Positions 17,805 through 26,710 of a stretch of DNA of 64,000 bases are shown one piece after another. Every line of letters starts with the position of its first letter. Position 1 is the first letter of the stretch. Source of the DNA: Minisyncoccia bacterium (lineage in GTDB: Bacteria > Patescibacteriota > Minisyncoccia > Phycocordibacterales > UBA918); NCBI GenBank assembly GCA_046293175.1, contig JBKBPM010000001.1:102891-166890 (forward strand). The letters run 5' to 3'. The notes below the pieces were generated by a model. The model did no database searches and had not been told where the DNA came from. It saw only the letters and a list, made by a program, of their open reading frames with translations. Made by a program: the position numbers and the translations under genes.

Positions 17805-18476
17805 ATGCAGCGCAAGTACTCTGCCGGTTTTTCACTCATCGAACTAATGGTTACCATTACCATTATTGGTATTTTGGCATCAATTATTTATGCCAATTTT
17901 GGTGGTGGCAATGCTAAAGCCCGTGATGCTAAGCGTCAGTCTGATTTGCGCATCATGCAAACGGCACTTGCTCAGTACAAACAACAGAATGGCCGATATC
18001 CGGCGATGGGGACTGATAGTAATGGTGATGGCTACGCTAGTGAAGGGGAGTCAGCTGCTTTTATTGTTGGGCTAACCCCAACCTACATAAATCGTTTACC
18101 AACCGATCCTCGTCGAGGCAGTAATCCTGGCTATTCATATGCAGTGGATAGTACCGGTAGCGTGTACAAGCTGGTTGCTCTTCGTACCGTTGAAACTGAA
18201 GTAGTGACCCATGAGCACCCATTTAAGAGTTGTGATATACGGGTAGGTAACAGTAGTGGATCTCTCGTCAGTGGTTCGACCGATCGTGAGGTGATTGGTT
18301 GGTGTGGACGTACAGCACAAGCGGGTAATGGTCTTCCAAGTTCATGTAATGCAGCTCAAGCGCCGTTTAATAATACCTACGGTGTTTGGGGAGGCTTTTT
18401 GCCAAAGACATCAGAAACCTGCGCTAACAATCTTACCAACTGTGTGCAAGATACAACTGCTATAATTTGTCTATGA
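17805..18476 (+). CDS. Type IV pilin / pseudopilin-like protein
   Basis: Prepilin N-terminal cleavage/methylation motif G-FSLIELMVTITIIGILASIIYA, followed by a Cys-containing globular domain. Confidence 0.75.
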   Translation: MQRKYSAGFSLIELMVTITIIGILASIIYANFGGGNAKARDAKRQSDLRIMQTALAQYKQQNGRYPAMGTDSNGDGYASEGESAAFIVGLTPTYINRLPTDPRRGSNPGYSYAVDSTGSVYKLVALRTVETEVVTHEHPFKSCDIRVGNSSGSLVSGSTDREVIGWCGRTAQAGNGLPSSCNAAQAPFNNTYGVWGGFLPKTSETCANNLTNCVQDTTAIICL

Positions 18477-18477
18477 T

Positions 18478-19020
18478 ATGAAAACACTTTCTTCACGCTT
18501 TGGCTTCACTTTAGTTGAACTGATGGTGGTCGTATCCGTGATTGGTATTCTTTCGAGTATTATTTATGCCAGTTTTGGTGGAGCAAGAGCAGCTGCTCGA
18601 GATGATGTACGCAAATCTGCTTTGAAGGAAGTACAGCTCGCACTCGAGCGCTATAAGGCTCAGTATGGCGTTTACCCTGCTCAGGGATGTGGCTCGTACC
18701 CAATCTATGCCGGAAGGGGTCCACATCCTGCTTGGGGTTGTTCTGCCGATCAGTACATTACTGGATTAGTACCGGACTTTATTTCCGAATTACCAAAAGA
18801 CCCAAATCAAGAAGATATTGATGGGTACGGCTATCTCTACCTCTCGACTGGAACCGATTATAAGTTAATTGCTCATCTCACTGTTGAGAAAAAACTCATT
18901 CAATCTTACAGGGATGAATTTGCGCGGTGCCCAGCTTCTATTGGTGCGGATCCGTGCGGGCCTGATCATCCTAACCCAAACACGTACGCCGTTTATTCAG
19001 CGGGTGCCGCAGGTTGGTAA
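18478..19020 (+). CDS. Type IV pilin-like protein (paralog A)
   Basis: GFTLVELMVVVSVIGILSSIIYA prepilin motif. About 60% identical to the next gene. Confidence 0.8.
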   Translation: MKTLSSRFGFTLVELMVVVSVIGILSSIIYASFGGARAAARDDVRKSALKEVQLALERYKAQYGVYPAQGCGSYPIYAGRGPHPAWGCSADQYITGLVPDFISELPKDPNQEDIDGYGYLYLSTGTDYKLIAHLTVEKKLIQSYRDEFARCPASIGADPCGPDHPNPNTYAVYSAGAAGW

Positions 19021-19028
19021 TTTAATTA

Positions 19029-19580
19029 ATGTCCCATCGTATGTATCGCTTTTTCAGAAAAACTGGCTTCACACTTGTCGAACTTATGGTAGTGATGTCG
19101 GTAATCGGTATTCTTTCGAGTATTGTCTATGCTAACTATAGCAGCTCTCGCGCCGTCTCGCGAGATGAGGTGCGTAAATCTGCACTCAAATCAATGCAGG
19201 TAGCGATTGAACTCTACAAATCTCAGTACGGCGTATATCCACCTCAAGGTTGTGGGACTTCACCAACTTGGGCTGGACCAGGACCACAACCGGCGTATGG
19301 TTGCACTGCTGACACGTACGTCACTGGTCTCGTACCAGATTTTATTGCTGCCTTGCCTACCGATCCGCTATCAGAAAATACCAACGGACTTGGCTTTTTA
19401 TATCGATCAACTGGTACTGATTACAAGCTTATGGTGCATAACTCAGTTGAAACTAAAACAGTCACTACCTATGAAGATGAGTTCGCCCGCTGTCCGCAGT
19501 CATATGGTACCGCTAATTGTCCCGCCGTACCGATGCCGCGTGTGTATGCTGTTTATTCGCCCGGTGCTGTTGGTTGGTAG
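19029..19580 (+). CDS. Type IV pilin-like protein (paralog B)
   Basis: GFTLVELMVVMSVIGILSSIVYA; a tandem duplicate of 18478-19020 (shared ...YGVYP.QGCG...GLVPDFI..LP.DP...YKL..H...E....Y.DEFARCP). Confidence 0.8.
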   Translation: MSHRMYRFFRKTGFTLVELMVVMSVIGILSSIVYANYSSSRAVSRDEVRKSALKSMQVAIELYKSQYGVYPPQGCGTSPTWAGPGPQPAYGCTADTYVTGLVPDFIAALPTDPLSENTNGLGFLYRSTGTDYKLMVHNSVETKTVTTYEDEFARCPQSYGTANCPAVPMPRVYAVYSPGAVGW

Positions 19581-19583
19581 TAT

Positions 19584-21839
19584 ATGTATCTCAAGGAACT
19601 AACCATCAATGGCTTTAAGTCATTTGCCAAAAAAAGTGAACTCGAATTCTCGGCTCCGATTACTGCTATTGTTGGGCCAAATGGCTCTGGTAAAAGTAAC
19701 GTGGCCGAGTCATTCCGGTTTGTTCTTGGTGAACAATCAGTGAAGTCACTGCGTGGGAAAAAAGGCGAAGATCTTATTTGGGGCGGGAGCGAGGCGGTGT
19801 CCCGAGGGAACCGCGCCTCGGTAGTGGTTGAGCTCGATAACACAAAACGCGTCTTTGCGCTTGATTTTGATACTATAAAAATTGAACGAGTGGTCCATCG
19901 TGATGGGCAAAACGAATATCTTATTAACGATACCCAAGTACGTCTCAAAGATGTTCAAGAGCTTCTTGCGGCAGCTAATATCGGTTCTACCGGTCACCAT
20001 ATTATTTCTCAAGGTGAGGCAGATCGTATTCTCTCTGCTTCAAGTCGCGAGCGTCGGGAGATGATTGAGGATGCACTTGGCTTGAAAGTCTATCAATATA
20101 AAAAGACCGAAGCAGAAAAAAAACTCGAAAAAACCAAAGAAAATATTGCTCAAGTAGAATCACTTCGCCGTGAACTTGCGCCACACCTAAAATATCTCAA
20201 AAAGCAGGTTGAGCGGGTCGAAAAATCATTGGCGGTCCAACAAGAGTTAAAAACGCTGTATGTTACCTACCTCAAACGTGAGGATACCTACCTCGCTTAT
20301 CATGCTGACCGACTTGATCTCGCGCGCCGTGCGCCAGCAAAACTGCTCTCTGAATTACAAGAGAAATTGGTGGCCGCCAAAACATTTTTGCGCAACGTCG
20401 AAGCCGCCAAAGACACGAGTGCTATTATTGAAGCCGAGGAAGCACTCGCCAAGTCGCGTAAGGTGCGAGCTGATTTGCTGCGAACCCTCGGTGCAGTCGA
20501 AGGAGAGGTGACGTACATACAACGCAAAATTGCGGGAGCGAGCCAGCGCGAACAGTCTGTCACAAAACAAGTGATAAGTGTTGAAGCTCTAGAAGAGCTT
20601 GTGGTTTCAGTTGAACAAGAAACCGAAAAGGCGCTCGCACGAGGAGACGAAGCAACACTTCGCCGTGCTCTCCAGGACCTCGTCCATAGTCTTAAGGCTT
20701 TTTTAAAGCGTACTGAGCCAACGACTTTTTCAGACACATCGCAACTTGAAGCAGAACTGCGCGAGACTGAAGCCAAACAAGCGGCACTGGCTCGGGACTA
20801 CGAACAGGCGCTTGCTGTGGAGAAGGGAGCTGAAGCCCATTATAACCACCTCAAACAAGCAATTGAAACCGAGGCGGCCTCGAGTCGTCAGGCCGAGCGA
20901 GCGGTATTTGAGCTCGTAGGTGAGGTGCGTAAGGTTGAGGTAGAGTTAGAGGCGATTGATCGTGAGCGTGAGCAGATCGACCGCGATCGCGAGGAATTCA
21001 AGCGAGAATTGCAAGAAGCAGTGGCGTTGATCAAGGGTGCTGCGGCTCAGTACTTTAATCATGAAATTATAGAAAATGGTGTGGTAGTAAGTCAGGAGGC
21101 GATTGTTGCTGAAGATCGTAACCTTCAGCGTGAGCGACGACGTGAACTTGAGAAGCTCAAGATTCGTCTTGAGGAACTCGGACAGGGTGCAACTGAAGAT
21201 GTACTCGACGAATACAACAAAGCGCTGGAACGCGACCAATTCCTCGAGCGCGAAACGACTGACCTCACGACCTCGGTGGCAAATCTTGAGAATCTTATTC
21301 TTGAGCTCAACAAAGAACTTCATGATCGGTTTGTGGTTGGCATAGACAAAATCACAGTCGAGTTCAACCGTTTCTTTGTGCTTATGTTTGGTGGGGGGAG
21401 CGCAAGCCTCAAGCGCGTGAAGCCAAAGGTAAAGCGTGTCACAGAAGACGGCGAAGAGGTAGAAGAAGACGGTGAAGAAACTGCCGAAGGGGTAGAAATT
21501 GATGTTAATTTACCGAACAAACGAGTCCGCGGACTTGATATGCTCTCAGGCGGCGAGCGAGCGCTCACTTCAATTGCGCTTATTTTCGCGATGAGTCAGA
21601 TTAACCCGCCACTCTTTATCATTCTTGACGAAACCGACGCGGCTCTTGATGAGGCTAATAGTCGTCGCTATGGTGACATGATTACTGCCTTAGCTGAAAA
21701 GTCACAGCTGATTCTCATTACCCACAACCGTGAGACGATGAGTCGTGCCGGGATCCTCTACGGAGTAACGATGGGTAGCGATGGGGTATCAAAACTCCTC
21801 TCGGTGAAGTTTGAGGAGGCGGTGGCGGTGGCAAAATGA
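19584..21839 (+). CDS. smc: SMC-family chromosome condensation ATPase; short at 751 aa, with no obvious hinge domain
   Basis: N-terminal Walker A (GPNGSGKSNV, RGKKGEDLIWGGSE). C-terminal signature/Walker B (LSGGERALTSIALIFAM, FIILDETDAALD). About 430 aa of coiled coil between them. Confidence 0.8.
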   Translation: MYLKELTINGFKSFAKKSELEFSAPITAIVGPNGSGKSNVAESFRFVLGEQSVKSLRGKKGEDLIWGGSEAVSRGNRASVVVELDNTKRVFALDFDTIKIERVVHRDGQNEYLINDTQVRLKDVQELLAAANIGSTGHHIISQGEADRILSASSRERREMIEDALGLKVYQYKKTEAEKKLEKTKENIAQVESLRRELAPHLKYLKKQVERVEKSLAVQQELKTLYVTYLKREDTYLAYHADRLDLARRAPAKLLSELQEKLVAAKTFLRNVEAAKDTSAIIEAEEALAKSRKVRADLLRTLGAVEGEVTYIQRKIAGASQREQSVTKQVISVEALEELVVSVEQETEKALARGDEATLRRALQDLVHSLKAFLKRTEPTTFSDTSQLEAELRETEAKQAALARDYEQALAVEKGAEAHYNHLKQAIETEAASSRQAERAVFELVGEVRKVEVELEAIDREREQIDRDREEFKRELQEAVALIKGAAAQYFNHEIIENGVVVSQEAIVAEDRNLQRERRRELEKLKIRLEELGQGATEDVLDEYNKALERDQFLERETTDLTTSVANLENLILELNKELHDRFVVGIDKITVEFNRFFVLMFGGGSASLKRVKPKVKRVTEDGEEVEEDGEETAEGVEIDVNLPNKRVRGLDMLSGGERALTSIALIFAMSQINPPLFIILDETDAALDEANSRRYGDMITALAEKSQLILITHNRETMSRAGILYGVTMGSDGVSKLLSVKFEEAVAVAK

Positions 21840-21854
21840 AATAAGCCAAAGAGG

Positions 21855-21912
21855 CCTTACGGGCCGATAATGGCGAATTTCCGTGAGCAAAGGCTATTCT
21901 AAATGCCTTTGT
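21855..21912 (+). ncRNA. Conserved 3'-UTR RNA motif (copy 1): shared 20-mer plus a hairpin whose stem covaries with copy 2
   Basis: cgataATGGCGAATTTCCGTGAG followed by hairpin caaaggc-tattctaaat-gcctttg. Copy 2 at 56066-56125 has the identical 20-mer, a similar loop (gattcctaat) and a different stem (tggcc/ggcca). Confidence 0.4.
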
Positions 21913-21985
21913 CCACGTCTCTCAGAGTATTATTTTGTTCTAAGTCATCCATCTGCTCAATTTACTGTAATAATCTAAATGTACT

Positions 21986-22915
21986 ATGTTTGATAAGTTC
22001 CGCCAATCTACATTCAGAAAAGATGAAGCTCCCGTTGATCCAAAGCGCCGCACCCTCATGTTCGGTGCTGTTGCTGGTGCAGCTGCGGTAGGGCTTGGTC
22101 TCACCGGAAAAGAAGAGAGAGGAAATTTTGTTCAAAGTAGTAATAAAGAACCGTTACGAGAGATAGAAGACGACCTTGCTGGTAAAGAGATTGAAGGAGT
22201 TGTGGAGCGTATGAAGACTGATAGTGGGCATTTTTTTGCTGAACGAGATATGTTTGCAGAAGGGTACGTTTCGGAGTTGCAACTAATGGAGAATCCAAAG
22301 CAGTTGAAAAAGCTTCTCGACGAACATTTTGATATGAGTGCTATACCTGACACTACTCTTCGTAAAGAAGTGATGGATAATATCTATGGACTGGCTCTGG
22401 TTGAGTCACGTTTTGATGAGACACGGGTCAGTGAAGCTGGAGCCTTTGGACTTATGCAATTAATGCCTGAGACTTGGAACAAACTCTCCTTGCCCGACGA
22501 GGACCCCACGAATGTGATTGATCAAATTAAAGTAGCGGCCCGATTAGTTGTACAATCTTATGTGTATATTTCGCAGCAGTGTCAAAACGAGCTCGATGTC
22601 ATCACAATTAATCATTTTGATGGTAACCAAAAGGCAATGATGCAATATTTTTTTGGTCCAGTATTAATTGGCGCGTATAACAGTGGTATGGGTAATCTCG
22701 AAAAAATTATCAAGCATTTTGTAAAGCTATATCCGACAACGAAAGAGACGACAGATATGTTTGATGGAGTCGATATTCCGACGGGGTATGATGTTTATTT
22801 TGGTATGACTAAAGCGGCAATGTTTGAAGAATGGCGGCCTTCGTACAAAATCCACGGCAGTGAGTATACTACCAAGGTGTATGGAGCAACCTATGCGATG
22901 AAGGGTACCGCATAG
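21986..22915 (+). CDS. Lytic transglycosylase (SLT domain) with an N-terminal RR-type signal
   Basis: ES...GAFGLMQLMPETW is a family-1 lytic transglycosylase motif. N-terminal KRRTLMFGAVAGAAAVGL. Confidence 0.7.
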   Translation: MFDKFRQSTFRKDEAPVDPKRRTLMFGAVAGAAAVGLGLTGKEERGNFVQSSNKEPLREIEDDLAGKEIEGVVERMKTDSGHFFAERDMFAEGYVSELQLMENPKQLKKLLDEHFDMSAIPDTTLRKEVMDNIYGLALVESRFDETRVSEAGAFGLMQLMPETWNKLSLPDEDPTNVIDQIKVAARLVVQSYVYISQQCQNELDVITINHFDGNQKAMMQYFFGPVLIGAYNSGMGNLEKIIKHFVKLYPTTKETTDMFDGVDIPTGYDVYFGMTKAAMFEEWRPSYKIHGSEYTTKVYGATYAMKGTA

Positions 22916-22951
22916 TCAGAAAAGACAATAGTATAAGTGATGAATGAAAAA

Positions 22952-23000
22952 TGGCCGGCAGTCCATAATTGTTCCGCAAACAATTATGGACTGCCGGCCT
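22952..23000. terminator. Strong bidirectional terminator-like hairpin with a 20-bp stem
   Basis: ggccggcagtccataattgtt-ccgcaa-aacaattatggactgccggcc. Confidence 0.6.
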
Positions 23001-23412
23001 AAGCGCAGGGGATGTGTCGCTGATTTTTCCAGATCCGCTGTTTGTGCCGCCATTCGCGACCGAGCGTGGTCGCTAGGAAATCGCACAGTTTCTGCAGGGC
23101 TCGATCTGCTTCCTTATCGCTTCTGGCGAGTTGTGGACTTTTGGGTTTCCCGTAGCGCTTCGGGTAGAAGATTTCATTCAGCCCATCAGGGTTGGGTTCA
23201 GTTAATAAAAGCAACTTCAGACCCTGCTTTTTCAAACTAGCGAAGAAATACTTGACGTGAGTTTCGTCACGAAAAGTTTCGTCCCTAATTTGAACCAGAA
23301 CGAGATCCTCGTGAATCATCATTCCTCCGGCCATACCATACCCGCGGAAGATGAGCTCGAGCGCACTCGCTTTCATGGGCGATTTTGTTTGTAGAAGAGC
23401 GTAGAGTAGCAT
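22999..23412 (-). CDS. Hypothetical protein with a possible DUF559/Vsr-like endonuclease core
   Basis: 137 aa. FRGYGMAGGMMIHEDLVLVQIRDETF...RDETHVKYFFASLKKQGLKLLLL resembles the DUF559 pattern (F-R...I-D-F...LVIE-DG...D-RD..L...G..VLR). Weak; the 3' end overlaps the hairpin. Confidence 0.3.
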   Translation of the reverse strand: MLLYALLQTKSPMKASALELIFRGYGMAGGMMIHEDLVLVQIRDETFRDETHVKYFFASLKKQGLKLLLLTEPNPDGLNEIFYPKRYGKPKSPQLARSDKEADRALQKLCDFLATTLGREWRHKQRIWKNQRHIPCA

Positions 23413-23513
23413 TGGTCACCATCTTTCTGTTGCTGTCAGCTGGCGACACATTATCATAGTCAAGAAACAAAAGAAAGGACGTCTTTTTAGTGTCTTTTCG
23501 TTGTGATCGTTAG

Positions 23514-25475
23514 CTATTTTGTAACTACCAGTTCGAAATCAAGTTGGCGTTCTTCTGCATCAGCACGGGTCAGCTTCACACGTACGGTGTCACCGAGGCG
23601 GTAGACCTTACCGGTTTTTTGACCCTTAATTTGGTACTTGCTCGCTTCGTGCTCAAAGTAGTCGCTCTTGATGGTGGCGAGACGTACCATACCTTCACAG
23701 AGGGCTTCTTGTTCCTGGACGTAGATACCCCAGTCAGCCGTACCGGTAATCACCGCGTCAAATTCTTTGCCGACATTATTCATCATAAATTCTACTTGCT
23801 TAAACTTAATTGAATCCCGTTCAGCAGAGACGGCTTCCATTTCGCGTTTTGAGGATTGGATACTGACCGCTTCAAAAGCTGATACCTCGCCAGCGGCAAT
23901 CGGTTGGTTATCAAGGTGAAGGCGTAGTAGTCGGTGGGCGAGGAGGTCTGGGTAGCGACGAATTGGGGACGTGAAGTGCGTGTAAAACTTAAACGCGAGA
24001 CCAAAGTGTCCGATGTTTTTGGTCGAGTAGACGGCCTTGGCCATTGAGCGTATAGTCGCTGTCTTGATGAGGTTTTCTTCTGGGGTACCGGTAACTTCCT
24101 TAAGAAGCTTGTTGATGTCGGTGGCTTTGACGATGCCTTTGTGCGTCTCAAACTCGTACCCAAGTACCCGGAGAAAGAGAGACAATTCTTCAATCTTGTC
24201 TGGGTTTGGCATGTCGTGAATACGGTAAATGAAGGCATGGTCGCGTCCGCGCTTTTCGGCGAGGTTGTAGATATGCTGCGCGACGCGTTCATTGGCGAGG
24301 AGCATAAAGTCCTCAATCATCATCATCGTTTCGGTACGCGTCTTTTTAAACGCACGAATTGGCTTACCACGCTCATCAAGTTCAAATTTTACCTCCGGCT
24401 GTTCAAACGCAATAGCGCCATTAGTGTACCGGCGCTTGCGAAGGGTACGGCTAAGGTCCATCATGATAGTGAGTTCGGCGAAATAGTCGCCACGACCAGT
24501 ATCAAGGGTGGTCTGCGCGTCTTCGTACGTATACCGACGGTCACTATTGATGATGGTTTGCCCGTACCATTCATTGACCACCTTGGCGTCTTTGGTCATC
24601 TCAAACACAGCCGAGAAGGCGAGACGGTCTTCGTGGGGACGCAGTGAACAGAGGTCGTTACTCAGGACCTCAGGCAGCATCGGAATCACACGGTCAACGA
24701 GGTAGACCGATGTACCACGGTCTCTAGCTTCTTGATCAAGTAAACTGCCTTTGGTGACGTAGTGTGAGACGTCGGCAATATGGATACCAATTTCGTAGTT
24801 GCCGTTTGGAAGAGACTGAAGCGAGAGGGCGTCGTCAAAGTCCTTCGCGTCATGCGGGTCAATCGTCATGGTGGTCACACCACGCATATCGTGGCGCTTC
24901 GGGTCCTTGAGGGCCTCGGCAAAGATTTCTGCTTGCCGTTCGTAAAGAGCATGAGCTTCTTTTTGGACAACCTCCGGGAAGGTCTTAGAGAATCCACCAC
25001 TGCGGATAATGGCTTGCATTTCAGTTTCGTGGTCTCCCGCTCGACCGAGGGTTTCGGTGATGGTACCGACTGGGTCAGTGTGTTCACTCGTCCAACTAGA
25101 GATTTTAATCGCCACCTTCATACCCAGGTCGTTTACGGTTGCGGTGGGGAGGACTGGACGGACGTGGATACGGTGGTTATCAGGAGCGAAGTAGTACTGT
25201 TTTTTGCCTTCGACCTCACGCTCTTTGACAGTACCAATTAGTTCTTGCCAGGCGCGGGTAATGACGCGAATCACCTTACCTTCCTGGCGTTTGCCGGGGA
25301 TTTTCTTCTTCAGGCTAATTTCGACAATATCGCCATCAAGGCCAAAGCCAAGGGATTCACGTTCAATAACAATATCTTCCTCGTGGTCTGGTAACTTTAT
25401 AAAACCAGTCCCTTTACCGCGTACCATGAGTACGCCTTCAAATGTTTCGTTCATATTTATTGGCGAGTATAGCAC
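23514..25475 (-). CDS. rnr: Ribonuclease R / RNase II family exoribonuclease
   Basis: 653 aa. N-terminal cold-shock/OB domain, RNB catalytic domain (GIHIADVSHYV, DRVIPMLPE), C-terminal S1 domain. Confidence 0.9.
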   Translation of the reverse strand: MLYSPINMNETFEGVLMVRGKGTGFIKLPDHEEDIVIERESLGFGLDGDIVEISLKKKIPGKRQEGKVIRVITRAWQELIGTVKEREVEGKKQYYFAPDNHRIHVRPVLPTATVNDLGMKVAIKISSWTSEHTDPVGTITETLGRAGDHETEMQAIIRSGGFSKTFPEVVQKEAHALYERQAEIFAEALKDPKRHDMRGVTTMTIDPHDAKDFDDALSLQSLPNGNYEIGIHIADVSHYVTKGSLLDQEARDRGTSVYLVDRVIPMLPEVLSNDLCSLRPHEDRLAFSAVFEMTKDAKVVNEWYGQTIINSDRRYTYEDAQTTLDTGRGDYFAELTIMMDLSRTLRKRRYTNGAIAFEQPEVKFELDERGKPIRAFKKTRTETMMMIEDFMLLANERVAQHIYNLAEKRGRDHAFIYRIHDMPNPDKIEELSLFLRVLGYEFETHKGIVKATDINKLLKEVTGTPEENLIKTATIRSMAKAVYSTKNIGHFGLAFKFYTHFTSPIRRYPDLLAHRLLRLHLDNQPIAAGEVSAFEAVSIQSSKREMEAVSAERDSIKFKQVEFMMNNVGKEFDAVITGTADWGIYVQEQEALCEGMVRLATIKSDYFEHEASKYQIKGQKTGKVYRLGDTVRVKLTRADAEERQLDFELVVTK

Positions 25476-25680
25476 GCTATTGTTATTTAGGAATACAAAA
25501 ATGCCATTAATCCAGGCTCAAATAATTGCTGATATTCAAGGCGGCGAGGAAAAACATCATAAAACGTACGTATTTACTAAGTTACATGATGGTATGACAA
25601 AGCCAACAAAGAAGATAAGTGATTAGTGGATGGCTGGAGCTATTGACCAAATGACTGGTTTCTGCTACTCTTTCGCCACT

Positions 25681-26148
25681 ATGTTAATGATGCGTTTAAA
25701 GCGCGTAGGCCGCAAAAACAACCCAAGCTACCGTATTGTAGTCGTTGATAAGCGTACGAGCGTAAAAAGTAACAAAACTGTCGACCTCCTTGGCTCATAC
25801 GACCCAAAGCTCGGCCGTATTTCTATTAATGGTGATAAGGCTAAGCACTGGCTAGCTCACGGTGTTAAGCCATCAGTTACCGTGTACAATATGCTCGTCT
25901 CAGAGAAGATTGTCGACGGCAAGAAAAAGAATGCTTTGCCAAAAAAGTCACCAATCATTGACGAGGCGAAGCTCAAGGCTGAAGCCGAAGCTAAGGCTGC
26001 CGCTGAAAAAGCTGAAGCTGATGCTAAAGCAGCCGCTGAAGCTGCTAAAAAGGCTGAAGAAGAAGCGTCTGCCGTCCCAGCACCAGAGGTTGAAACACCA
26101 GTTGAGGCACCGGCTGAAACTCCAGTCGAAGAAGCAAAGGCTGAATAA
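25681..26148 (+). CDS. rpsP: 30S ribosomal protein S16 with a C-terminal Ala/Lys/Glu-rich tail
   Basis: MLMMRLKRVGRKNNPSYRIVVVDKRTS...LLGSYDP matches S16. The tail reads EAKLKAEAEAKAAAEKAEADAKAAAEAAKKAEEE. Start adjusted to an internal Met. Confidence 0.85.
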   Translation: MLMMRLKRVGRKNNPSYRIVVVDKRTSVKSNKTVDLLGSYDPKLGRISINGDKAKHWLAHGVKPSVTVYNMLVSEKIVDGKKKNALPKKSPIIDEAKLKAEAEAKAAAEKAEADAKAAAEAAKKAEEEASAVPAPEVETPVEAPAETPVEEAKAE

Positions 26149-26301
26149 CCTATTATTTTCATACAGCCCGTCTGGTGATTTGTTCAAGGCGGGCTGTTGA
26201 CGTACCTACAATACCCCCGTACCATATATATACGTCTACAGTGTCGCCGATTACCTCCGCGCAAACTGTGTGACATTTACACGATAGTATTCGAATACGA
26301 T

Positions 26302-26652
26302 ATGCACGAAGATCAGCAATTTCTAGAAACGGTAGTTAAGGCATTGGTCGATAATCCAGGTTCAATCCATATCAACCGGACGGTTGATGAGATGGGTGTA
26401 CTCTTGACGCTAGATGTTCACGCAGATGATATGGGTAAGATTATTGGTCGTTCTGGCAATACTGCCAAGGCCATCCGTACCCTCCTTCGGGTTGTGGGGA
26501 TGAAGCATGATGCTCGGGTGAACCTCAAGATCAATGAACCAGAAGGTGGTAAGGGAATGACTCGCGATATGAGTGAAGCGATGGAAGATGAGGGGATTGT
26601 CTCAAGTTCTGTGAAATCTCTTGATGAAGCAATTGATGATTTGAAGATTTAA
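26302..26652 (+). CDS. KH-domain RNA-binding protein (KhpA/YlqC-like) with a C-terminal extension
   Basis: VVKALVDNPGSIHINRTVDEMGVLLTLDVHADDMGKIIGRSGNTAKAIRTLLRVVG has a KH GxxG loop. Conserved position between rpsP and trmD. Confidence 0.7.
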   Translation: MHEDQQFLETVVKALVDNPGSIHINRTVDEMGVLLTLDVHADDMGKIIGRSGNTAKAIRTLLRVVGMKHDARVNLKINEPEGGKGMTRDMSEAMEDEGIVSSSVKSLDEAIDDLKI

Positions 26653-26654
26653 GA

Positions 26655-26700
26655 AAAACAAAAGCGGGCGGAACCTTCGGTTCCGCCCGCTTTTGTGATA
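26655..26700 (+). terminator. Rho-independent terminator
   Basis: aaaagcgggcggaaccttcggttccgcccgcttttgtg. Confidence 0.7.
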
Positions 26701-26710
26701 GGCTTCTGGT

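Noticed and set aside
25857-26200. Overlapping ORFs on both strands across the rpsP 3' region
   Set aside because: Artefacts of the GCT/GAA/AAG codon repeats that encode the Ala/Lys/Glu-rich S16 tail.
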